Source: a virus
Virus record (IMG/VR): IMGVR_UViG_3300045988_064761
Coordinates: 1 to 40,030 of that record
Reading direction: 5' to 3' (one strand)
Length of the DNA: 40,030 bases
Made by a program: the position numbers and the translations under genes. This document shows, piece by piece, positions 1 to 6,278 of the stretch (position 1 is the first letter of the stretch; every line of letters begins with the position of its first letter). Below the pieces are notes generated by a model, which made no database searches, was not told the DNA's origin, and saw only the letters and a program-made list of their open reading frames with translations.

Positions 1-297
1 AGATGCCGCGCCCTGCCAGCCTGTAACAGATGCCGCGCCCTGCCAGCCTGTAGCAGATGCCGCGCTCCGCCTGCCCGTAGCAGATGCCGCGCTCCGCCTG
101 CCTGTAGCAGATGCCGCGCCCTGATCGCCTGTAGCAGATGCCGCGCTCCGCCTGCCTGTAGCAGATGCCGCGCCCTGATCGCCTGTAACAGATGCCGCGC
201 CCTGCCAGCCCGTAGCAGATGCCGCGCCCTGCCAGCCTGTAACAGATGCCGCGCCCTGCCAGCCCGTAGCAGATGCCGCGCCATGATCGCCTGTAGC
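1..297 (-). repeat. 11 tandem copies of a 27-bp coding repeat (agatgccgcgccctgccagcctgtarc and variants)
   Basis: Exact 27-nt periodicity with units starting at 1, 28, 55 ... 271. Each unit equals 9 codons on the minus strand (A/V-T-G-x-x-G/S-A-A-S). Confidence 0.95.
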
Positions 298-630
298 ATG
301 TTCGGAGTTTTCCGGGATGGTTTTCTCCATCGTGTACTCAACAGCAGCTTTTACAAGCCCAGCAATGCCGATTTCTGCTTTCACAGCAATCTTTTTGCCG
401 CAGCGCTGGCTATCTTCGTTGCTTTTTTTATCGCTCACATCGTCCAAATCCACCTCACAGTAGCGGCTCATGTTGCCGGGGGCGTAGTATTCAAATACAT
501 CTAACGGGTACTTGCAGGCGTAAAAGCCTTTCTCGCACAGTTCGGCAGTGGGTTCCTCGTAGGTCTTGCCGATTTCATACTGAAAATCACGGCATTTCAG
601 ATACTTGTCAAAGCCTTTATACATTTTCAT
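1..630 (-). CDS. DUF7666-like repeat protein, 5' part (ATG at 630; continues across the circular junction into 39586..39990)
   Basis: SD GGAGGTA lies upstream of ATG 630. The N-terminus MKMYKGFDKYLKCRDFQYEIGKTYEE..CEKGFYACKYPLDVFEYYAPGN matches the DUF7666 family as I remember it. The frame stays open to nt 1 (210 codons exactly). Confidence 0.75.
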   Translation of the reverse strand, partial: MKMYKGFDKYLKCRDFQYEIGKTYEEPTAELCEKGFYACKYPLDVFEYYAPGNMSRYCEVDLDDVSDKKSNEDSQRCGKKIAVKAEIGIAGLVKAAVEYTMEKTIPENSEHATGDHGAASATGWQGAASVTGWQGAASATGWQGAASVTGDQGAASATGRRSAASATGDQGAASATGRRSAASATGRRSAASATGWQGAASVTGWQGAAS

Positions 631-874
631 GGCTAGATACCTCCTTCTTTAAAAGCAGCCCGCACAGGGCGTTGAGCGTCAGCGTAGAGCCGACGATGGC
701 GGGGATGTTGAGAGAACCAAGCGCAGCCAGCAGCAGCACCAAATCTGCGGTGATTGCCAGCTTGACGGCGGCACGTTTCAGTGATAGAATACAGTTAGAG
801 CTTTTTGCGATGCTCTGTTTTTTTGCCGTTCCGGTGGTGGTGCACCGGGGCGGCGTTTTTGTTTTGGTCATCAT
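617..874 (-). CDS. Small membrane protein (85 aa), function unknown
   Basis: ATGA start/stop overlap with the upstream gene, SD GGAGGAA. Basic N-terminus followed by a hydrophobic stretch LAITADLVLLLAALGSLNIPAIVGSTL. Confidence 0.5.
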   Translation of the reverse strand: MMTKTKTPPRCTTTGTAKKQSIAKSSNCILSLKRAAVKLAITADLVLLLAALGSLNIPAIVGSTLTLNALCGLLLKKEVSSHENV

Positions 875-1476
875 TCTTTGATTTCCTCCCATTCAAAGCG
901 ACCCTTGCTGCTGTTTCTCCACTGCCCAAGTCCGCGCAGAACGCCATAATCAAGGCATTCGCGCACTATATCTTCCAGCTGCGGGTCAAGGCACTGAATT
1001 TCAAATTCTGCCGTTGACCCTGCCGGGACGCTCTCGCTCTTGGCGATGCTCACGCGCTCGCCCATCGGGGTCTGCGCACGCAGGGGACGTTCACAGAAAT
1101 CCAGCTTCATGCCGTGAAGGTCGTAGGGAATTTCACGCGGGAAAACGAAAATCTGGCCGTCAATCGCCTGTTTGTAAGCCTTGATTGCGGCACAGGCCTT
1201 GCCGCCCGGATAGCCAGACTTGCCCGCCTTAGAAAGCATCTTGCAGGAGTCTTTGAAAAATCCCTTGACTTGATAGTCGTACAGGAACGGCTTACCATCG
1301 GCGGTCTTGGGGAAAACGGTGATTCTGTCCTCTGCGTTCTGTGCCTTGATGTTGGCAATTTCTTCAGCGGTCAGGTCATCTGTCGGGGCCTTGCTGGAAA
1401 TATAGGTTGCCAGCAGTTCTTCATTGCTGGGGGAAGAACCGAGAACGTCCTCGGTGAGGGTGATTTTAACTTTCAT
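871..1476 (-). CDS. Early phage protein of unknown function (201 aa)
   Basis: ATG 1476 is preceded by AAAAAGGAGA. Protein MKVKITLTEDVLGSSPSN...GKPFLYDYQVKGFFKD...GLGQWRNSSKGRFEWE. The longer ORF-track start at 1542 has no SD. Confidence 0.75.
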   Translation of the reverse strand: MKVKITLTEDVLGSSPSNEELLATYISSKAPTDDLTAEEIANIKAQNAEDRITVFPKTADGKPFLYDYQVKGFFKDSCKMLSKAGKSGYPGGKACAAIKAYKQAIDGQIFVFPREIPYDLHGMKLDFCERPLRAQTPMGERVSIAKSESVPAGSTAEFEIQCLDPQLEDIVRECLDYGVLRGLGQWRNSSKGRFEWEEIKE

Positions 1477-1507
1477 AGTTGGATTCTCCTTTTTTAAATA
1501 ATCGGTT

Positions 1508-1777
1508 GCTATGCGGTGCGAGGGATTGCGGAGCCGTTGCATATCAATTCGTCACAATGCCTTTGCTCTGCTATGCCGCGCAATGCCATTTCTAAGCTGA
1601 CTGAGCTATGCCTTAGCGCCGCGGGGCATTTCTTTTCCGTTGCAATTCAGTTCAATACCAAGCCTTGCATTTTCATATCTAACGAAGCAGTTCCGTTGCC
1701 ACGCGTTGCATATCCATGCCATTGCTGCGCATGGCTTAGCCTTTCCAATGCGTCGCCCGGCTATGCCAAGCTAAGCC
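1508..1777. repeat. Cluster of short direct and inverted repeats in a 305-bp non-coding spacer
   Basis: gctatgcc at 1570, 1605 and 1760 (gctatgcg at 1508). cgttgcatatc at 1535-1545 and 1704-1714. caatgcc at 1555 and 1581. Stems ccatgc/gcatgg (1714-1734) and ggcttagc/gctaagcc (1733-1777). Confidence 0.8.
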
Positions 1778-1781
1778 GCTG

Positions 1782-2069
1782 TTACACAAGGATTTCGCGC
1801 AGCTCGGCAAGAACGCTGTCGATGCGCTCTTCCCGGGTAGGTTCGTGCGGTTTGCCGGGCTTGACGCGCCCGGAGGGGAAGTATGTTGCGAACTCGTCCA
1901 GCGAGATATCAAGCATCTGGCAGACGGTGCAGACCTCCGGCCAGCGCCAATCATTGGCGCCGTTGATGCGGTTTGACATCTGAGTGCTGGACAAGTCGCA
2001 CGCATCCGCAAGGCGCTGTTTGTTGTAGCCCTTGCTTTTGATAAGCGCTGTAAAAGCAAGGTTTGTCAT
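1782..2069 (-). CDS. HTH DNA-binding protein (XRE/DUF739-like), early regulator
   Basis: SD GGAGGAG upstream. Contains KSKGYNKQRLADACDLSSTQMSNRINGAN, a helix-turn-helix pattern. Confidence 0.7.
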   Translation of the reverse strand: MTNLAFTALIKSKGYNKQRLADACDLSSTQMSNRINGANDWRWPEVCTVCQMLDISLDEFATYFPSGRVKPGKPHEPTREERIDSVLAELREILV

Positions 2070-2087
2070 GGTGGTTACTCCTCCTTT

Positions 2088-2282
2088 CTAGTTATCGGCT
2101 AGCAAATAATCAACAGGCACGCCGAAATAGTCGGCCACTTTCTTTAAGGTCGTGATACTTGGGCCGTAAGGCGATTTTTCCCACTTGCCAAGTGCGCCGT
2201 TTGAGATTCCGGCGCGTTCCTCAAGGATTGTGCGGGAAATATTGTTTTTTCGGCACAACGCATCAATTTTCGAAATATTCAC
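2088..2282 (-). CDS. Cro-like XRE-family HTH regulator (64 aa, GTG start)
   Basis: AAAGGAG lies 9 nt upstream of the GTG. Contains NISRTILEERAGISNGALGKWEKSPYGPSITTLKKVADYFGVPVDYLL, a typical XRE HTH. Divergent from the CI-like gene. Confidence 0.8.
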   Translation of the reverse strand: MNISKIDALCRKNNISRTILEERAGISNGALGKWEKSPYGPSITTLKKVADYFGVPVDYLLADN

Positions 2283-2303
2283 CTAGCAAAAGCTCCTTTC
2301 TAG

Positions 2304-2332
2304 TTGACTATTGCTAGAAAATATGCTACTAT
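2304..2332 (+). promoter_or_regulatory. Candidate sigma-70-type promoter directed toward the CI-like gene
   Basis: TTGACT (2304-2309), 17-nt spacer containing TGc (extended -10), TACTAT (2327-2332). Confidence 0.5.
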
Positions 2333-2418
2333 TAACTTGCAAGATTTATAACAGCATATTTTTAGCTAGTCCGCTGGATTTAAGGGGGCTTGGTTCTTTG
2401 TTGCCCTCTGTGCTATCT

Positions 2419-2447
2419 ATTATACTAGCTTATCGCCTAGTAGTCAA
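2419..2447 (-). promoter_or_regulatory. Near-consensus promoter directed toward the Cro-like/early operon
   Basis: Minus strand reads TTGACT (2447-2442), 17 nt, TATAAT (2424-2419). Confidence 0.6.
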
Positions 2448-2454
2448 TAGACTA
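2441..2454. promoter_or_regulatory. Operator-like dyad TAGTC-AATA-GACTA overlapping the -35 of the leftward promoter
   Basis: Perfect 5+5 inverted repeat. Related TAGT..ACTA / CTAG-containing elements lie at 2300-2317 and 2476-2482. The normally rare CTAG occurs at least 7 times in 2283-2483. Confidence 0.5.
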
Positions 2455-2483
2455 TCGCCTAAAAATATGCACAAATAGTCTAG

Positions 2484-2840
2484 GTGATTTTTGTGGATAA
2501 TGCTAAAACTGTAGAAATCATTCGTGCCCTGTGCAAAAAGAAAAAGACTAGCTTGACTAGGCTAGAAGAAAAGCTCGGTTTTTCAAATGGGTATATCGGC
2601 AAAATGGCAAAGAGGCCAAGTTCTCCTCCATATGAAAAATTGGTTGCCATTGCTAACGAGCTAGAAGTCACCGTCGCCGACCTGACCGGGGAAAAAGAAA
2701 ACCCCGCCAGCGTGGATGCTGGCGGGGCGGTTGATACGGCTAAAATGTTGGCAGACCTCGACAAGCTATCAACAAAAGAACTTGCCGATTTTTACGAGGA
2801 TGTTTTCGAGAAGTTAAAAAAGAGGGTTGCAAATGAATAA
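2484..2840 (+). CDS. CI-like repressor, XRE-family HTH (start GTG 2484, or GTG 2493 after AGGTGA)
   Basis: Contains KKKKTSLTRLEEKLGFSNGYIGKMAK, an HTH pattern. Divergent orientation relative to the Cro-like gene. Confidence 0.75.
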   Translation: MIFVDNAKTVEIIRALCKKKKTSLTRLEEKLGFSNGYIGKMAKRPSSPPYEKLVAIANELEVTVADLTGEKENPASVDAGGAVDTAKMLADLDKLSTKELADFYEDVFEKLKKRVANE

Positions 2841-3192
2841 GGCAGACTGGAGGTTACTGGAAAAGATACAGGCCGGGTCACTGTCTGACGATGAAGCTTA
2901 CCTTCTGGAACGCGAAGAAGATGCGTATGCGCTTGCGCAGGCAGGATATATTCTAATTATCTGGCCGGGAAAGCAAGGTAGCCCGCACGAAGGAAAATGC
3001 TGCGCCATTATCCTAAAAGAAGGTACAGATGCGCTCGAAGAGTACAAGGAAAAGCAAAAAGAGAAAAAGAGGGCGCATACAGTTCAAACACTTGGGATTG
3101 CAATTGGAATCCCTGCGGCTGTATTGGCCCTCTTTACTTTTTTTACAACGTTCGGCCCAGCCATTCTAAAAACGCTGGGAGAGCTACTGTAA
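2833..3192 (+). CDS. C-terminally membrane-anchored protein co-transcribed with the repressor (possible superinfection-exclusion-type moron)
   Basis: ATG 2833 overlaps the repressor stop, SD AGAGGG. C-terminal TM segment LGIAIGIPAAVLALFTFFTTFGPAIL. Confidence 0.6.
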   Translation: MNKADWRLLEKIQAGSLSDDEAYLLEREEDAYALAQAGYILIIWPGKQGSPHEGKCCAIILKEGTDALEEYKEKQKEKKRAHTVQTLGIAIGIPAAVLALFTFFTTFGPAILKTLGELL

Positions 3193-3403
3193 GCAGCTGC
3201 GAAGTGAAGAACCCACTAAGAAAGAACCAGAGCAAATCATACGGTCTAATTTCGCTGTGGCGTTTCAGCTCATCTTCCCTCAAATCGTGGATAGTCACAA
3301 CCGCTTGGCCGTCTGCTGTGACGAACGAGGAATAGCCGTTTGTGCTTAACTTAATTCCGTTCTCAAACTCGGTGGTCTTGACTTCAACTTTTGCTTTTTC
3401 CAT
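3143..3403 (-). CDS. Hypothetical protein (86 aa)
   Basis: ATG start overlaps the upstream 44-aa ORF by 20 nt. The 3' end overlaps the convergent gene 2833..3192 by 50 nt. Confidence 0.4.
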   Translation of the reverse strand: MEKAKVEVKTTEFENGIKLSTNGYSSFVTADGQAVVTIHDLREDELKRHSEIRPYDLLWFFLSGFFTSQLLTVALPAFLEWLGRTL

Positions 3404-3518
3404 AATCTTCCCCCAGATACTTTTTGATTAGTTCCGCTTGTTCATCTTTCGGGAGCTTTGCAAGACCATCAACGATGGCGCGTTTCAAATGCTCCCTGTA
3501 CTGTTTTTCTTTCTCCAT
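3384..3518 (-). CDS. Small hypothetical protein (44 aa), below the ORF-track length cutoff
   Basis: AAAGGAGAG lies 4 nt upstream of ATG 3518. Protein MEKEKQYREHLKRAIVDGLAKLPKDEQAELIKKYLGEDYGKSKS. Confidence 0.4.
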   Translation of the reverse strand: MEKEKQYREHLKRAIVDGLAKLPKDEQAELIKKYLGEDYGKSKS

Positions 3519-3578
3519 TGTACTCTCCTTTCGTAGATATGTCAAAATTTATATAATATATAAAAGGTTGGTGCTACT

Positions 3579-4196
3579 ATGAAATTTGGAATGAGAAAAC
3601 CGTCTATTAAAAAATCATTTAAAGCCAGAACAACAGGAAGATTGAAGCGCTCTGTAAAAAAGGCTGTAAATCCTTTCTATGGTAAAAAAGGCATTGGATT
3701 TTTAAAAAACCCAGTTAAATCAATAAAGGATTCTATATACAAAAAGACGACATTCAGCTTTCTCGACTTGTTCAGAGTAAGCAAAAAGAAAGGCGGCAAA
3801 AAGAAGAACGCCATTGCATTAGAAAACAGAGAACATCGAAGGAAAGTAGCTGTTGAAACAGTTGAAAATAACGCAGAGCAAAAGCAGTTAAAAGCCCAGC
3901 TTGCCGCGCAGGACGCCCAAATCAAAGCTATCCAAGACGCAGAGGATGAATACAAGAAAACAAAAGACGCCGAAAAGCTCATTCTGTTTTGGGAAGATAT
4001 TTGGAATAATGGTGGTGTCATATTCAATGGGGCATATTGGACGTTCAGACTTCCAGACTTGTACATCAAGCTCGGCAGATATGATGACGCCATAAAGATA
4101 TTAAATATGATAACCAATCCATTTTACACCGAAAAACGTCAAAAGTACCTAGAAAAGATTTCTGCGCTGAAGACGCGTAACAAAGAAAGTAAGTAA
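3579..4196 (+). CDS. Hypothetical protein (205 aa): Lys-rich N-terminus, coiled middle, helical-repeat-like C-terminus; A+T-rich moron
   Basis: TATAAT at 3552-3557 lies upstream. The ORF is visibly more A+T-rich than the phage backbone. Sits between the repressor and the integrase. Confidence 0.65.
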   Translation: MKFGMRKPSIKKSFKARTTGRLKRSVKKAVNPFYGKKGIGFLKNPVKSIKDSIYKKTTFSFLDLFRVSKKKGGKKKNAIALENREHRRKVAVETVENNAEQKQLKAQLAAQDAQIKAIQDAEDEYKKTKDAEKLILFWEDIWNNGGVIFNGAYWTFRLPDLYIKLGRYDDAIKILNMITNPFYTEKRQKYLEKISALKTRNKESK

Positions 4197-4470
4197 AACT
4201 GTTCGTTGTATTTACAATGATATTACAATGCACAGTTGTATTCAATCGGCAAAATGCACAAAATGCCGTCTGCGCTCTGTGTAGTCCGCGTTATTGGACT
4301 GTAGTTATCAACAACTATTATGATAGCCGTTGAAAACTGCAAAACGTGTCGCAGATACGAAGTCAGCAAACAAAAAAAGTCCCTGCCGGTGCTGGCACAC
4401 AGACAAGGACAAGAGGTTGCCCGCGAAAGCGGACGGCCATATTATATCAGATTAAAGAGAGGTTGTCCAT

Positions 4471-5556
4471 ATGAAACGAACAAACACGGCAAAATGGATT
4501 GACAGCGCGAACCGCTGGCAGATAAACGTGCAGAAAGACGGAGTGCGCAAAACCTTTACCAGCGCCAAACCGGGGCGCACAGGGCAGCGGGAAGCCAACA
4601 AAAAAGCAGATGAATGGTTGGATAAAGGCGTAAAGACGGAACGCATTAAGGTCTCTGACGCATGGGAACGGTTGTTACAGCAGAAAAGACTTGTGTCTGA
4701 TGCAGAATACAAAAACATGGCATCGTTTGGCCGCGCCCATTTGCTGCCAGCCATCGGAAATAAGTTAATAAAATCCGTTACGGAACAGGATTTTCAACAA
4801 ATTATAGATTATTCGTTTCGCCACCCGCAGGGAATGAGCAAAGAGCCATTATCCAAAAAGACGTTACAGAACTATGCCAACTACTGTAAGCAGTTCGTCA
4901 ATTTTTGCCGAAAATCAAAATGGACAACGCTTGAGCTTGATGAGTTACAGATTCCGGCAGCGTCCAGAAAAAAAGGAAAGAACGTGCTGACAGTTGAAGC
5001 GCTGAACACGTTGCTAAAAGTGGATACGACCATCATGCGCGGGAAATCTGTTCACGATGAATACATAAATTACTATAGGTTCCAAGTGCTAACAGGTATG
5101 CGCCCCGGGGAAATGCGAGGGCTACAATGGGAAGACGTTGACGGGAATTTGTGCAGGTTGAAGCAGGCTATCAATGCACACGGTCAAATCACGCAGGGAA
5201 AAAACGAAAACGCATTGCGCACGGTAGTGCTATCCAGACGCGCAGTGGACGTGCTGGAAGCTCAGAAAGCCGTGACTGGAAAGCAGACGTACATCTTCCC
5301 CATGGCATCCATGCACACCTACTATCACCGCTGGCAGCGCTATCAGCGTTCTAATGACATGCCGGAGCTGAGTCTTTACGAACTGCGCCACACGTTTGTG
5401 AGTATTGCAAAGGAGTTGCCGACTGGCGAGTTAAAGCAGCTAGTCGGGCATAGCGAGGATATGGACACCTACGGCACATACTCCCACTACATCGCTGGAG
5501 ATGACGAACGGACAGCCAAAAACCTACAAGAAATCTTTGATAGATTGGTGGACTAA
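4471..5556 (+). CDS. int: Tyrosine recombinase / phage integrase
   Basis: Contains LTGMRPGEMRGLQWEDV, LYELRHTFVS and LVGHSEDMDTYGTYSHY, the R..HxxR..H..Y signature. Adjacent to attP. Confidence 0.92.
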   Translation: MKRTNTAKWIDSANRWQINVQKDGVRKTFTSAKPGRTGQREANKKADEWLDKGVKTERIKVSDAWERLLQQKRLVSDAEYKNMASFGRAHLLPAIGNKLIKSVTEQDFQQIIDYSFRHPQGMSKEPLSKKTLQNYANYCKQFVNFCRKSKWTTLELDELQIPAASRKKGKNVLTVEALNTLLKVDTTIMRGKSVHDEYINYYRFQVLTGMRPGEMRGLQWEDVDGNLCRLKQAINAHGQITQGKNENALRTVVLSRRAVDVLEAQKAVTGKQTYIFPMASMHTYYHRWQRYQRSNDMPELSLYELRHTFVSIAKELPTGELKQLVGHSEDMDTYGTYSHYIAGDDERTAKNLQEIFDRLVD

Positions 5557-5580
5557 AAAGTACACACTAAAAGTACACAC
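5556..5580 (+). repeat. attP arm-type sites: two direct copies of aaaagtacacac
   Basis: AGTACAC at 5559-5565 and 5572-5578. The same heptamer recurs on the other side of the core. Confidence 0.6.
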
Positions 5581-5681
5581 TTTTTTTCTTAAATGTATGA
5601 AATAATAGAAAAAATATGTGACAAAGCAAAAAATATAGCAATATACCGCTATATTTTTAATCACTAAAAGCATTGTGTATA

Positions 5682-5705
5682 GTTCGAGTCCTGTCACCTC
5701 GACCA
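5682..5705 (+). other. attP core: 3' end of a tRNA gene (T-loop, T-stem 3' strand, acceptor 3' strand, A-CCA)
   Basis: GTTCGAGTCCTGTCACCTCGACCA. The sequence 5' of it does not complete a T-stem or a cloverleaf, so this is a fragment and not a gene. Confidence 0.65.
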
Positions 5706-5712
5706 CAACAAA

Positions 5713-5750
5713 TGCCGTAGATTCGTTTAAATCTACGGCATTTTCTTTTT
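5713..5750 (+). terminator. Rho-independent terminator immediately after the tRNA fragment
   Basis: Perfect 10-bp stem tgccgtagat/atctacggca, 8-nt loop, then TTTTCTTTTT. Confidence 0.8.
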
Positions 5751-5752
5751 CA

Positions 5753-5773
5753 AGTACACGTTTTAGTACACAC
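5753..5773 (+). repeat. attP arm-type sites (P' side): AGTACAC at 5753-5759 and 5765-5771
   Basis: Same heptamer and same orientation as 5559/5572. An inverted copy (gtgtac) lies near 5805. Confidence 0.55.
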
Positions 5774-5777
5774 TTAC

Positions 5778-5915
5778 TTATTTTCTCTGCAAACTGTGTA
5801 CCAAATCATTATACACATCCGGACGTGCTTCTTTCAGCGCATCCATAAACTCGTCCAGCACACGCCACACTCGCCCGGTATCGGCCTTTTTTACAATCTC
5901 CAAAAATTCACTCAT
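5778..5915 (-). CDS. Cargo operon gene H: 45-aa helical protein, paralogous to the C-terminus of gene G
   Basis: ATG 5915 overlaps the stop of G. Protein MSEFLEIVKKADTGRVWRVLDEFMDALKEARPDVYNDLVHSLQRK resembles G's ALNVLDELMSALYVANPKVYNGVMRKLERL. Confidence 0.5.
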   Translation of the reverse strand: MSEFLEIVKKADTGRVWRVLDEFMDALKEARPDVYNDLVHSLQRK

Positions 5916-6261
5916 CCTGTAAACGCTCCAATTTCCGCATTACGCCATTATAAACTTTAGGGTTTGCTACATACAAGGCCGACATAAGCTCATCCAGCAC
6001 GTTCAGCGCTGCTGCGATGTCTACGTTTGACACAGCCCGTAAAAAGTCACTGCTGCCAACAGCAGCCCTTGTAGACGGCTCTGCCGCTTCGTAATAGCGC
6101 ACAGGCTCTTGCAGTTTTGCTTTCTGCGGAAAATGGGACGCATCTGCAAGACGCTGATTTTTCACAACATACAGCGCTGCCAAATTTTTAACTCTGGTCA
6201 TGGTGAGTTCGCTGTTTTCGATTTCGGCTATAGCGCCGTCAATCTCTCGCACGTCAACCAT
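5908..6261 (-). CDS. Cargo operon gene G: hypothetical protein (117 aa)
   Basis: SD GAGGTG upstream. Tightly linked to F and H. Confidence 0.7.
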   Translation of the reverse strand: MVDVREIDGAIAEIENSELTMTRVKNLAALYVVKNQRLADASHFPQKAKLQEPVRYYEAAEPSTRAAVGSSDFLRAVSNVDIAAALNVLDELMSALYVANPKVYNGVMRKLERLQDE

Positions 6262-6278
6262 AGCCCTTACACCTCACT

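Noticed and set aside
1-297. The regular 27-bp repeats at both window ends (also 39802-40030) might be called a CRISPR array or a non-coding satellite.
   Set aside because: The units are contiguous with no unique spacers. The period is a multiple of 3. They lie in frame inside a long minus-strand ORF with conserved N- and C-terminal domains. No cas genes are present.
283-504. The plus-strand ORFs 283..504 and 39701..39925 overlap the DUF7666-like gene.
   Set aside because: They are antisense readings of the repeat array and N-domain. The minus-strand frame has the SD, a family-like sequence, and continuity across the junction.
1592-1612. The minus strand reads GGCATAGCTCAGTCAGCTTAG, which resembles a tRNA acceptor/D-arm start (TAGCTCAGT).
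   Set aside because: There is no matching D-stem 3' strand, anticodon arm, T arm or acceptor 3' strand nearby.
1516-1983. 155-aa plus-strand ORF covering the non-coding spacer and part of the HTH gene.
   Set aside because: It has no SD, it is antisense to a good HTH gene over half its length, and the remainder is the repeat-dense spacer.
4205-4242. The short direct repeats ttacaatg (4212 and 4223) and gttgtatt (4205 and 4235) upstream of int could be additional integrase or regulator sites.
   Set aside because: They are unrelated to the AGTACAC arm repeats. They are short and A+T-rich, so chance occurrence cannot be excluded. They are noted but not called.
4320-4502. 60-aa plus-strand ORF upstream of and overlapping the integrase start. 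It could have been an excisionase.
   Set aside because: There is no SD before its ATG. The sequence is basic and irregular with no HTH pattern, and it overlaps the int start region. It was not accepted, so no xis was identified.
5524-5706. 60-aa minus-strand ORF across the attP region.
   Set aside because: It runs through the arm repeats and the tRNA-fragment core, is A+T-rich and hydrophobic by composition, and has no SD.
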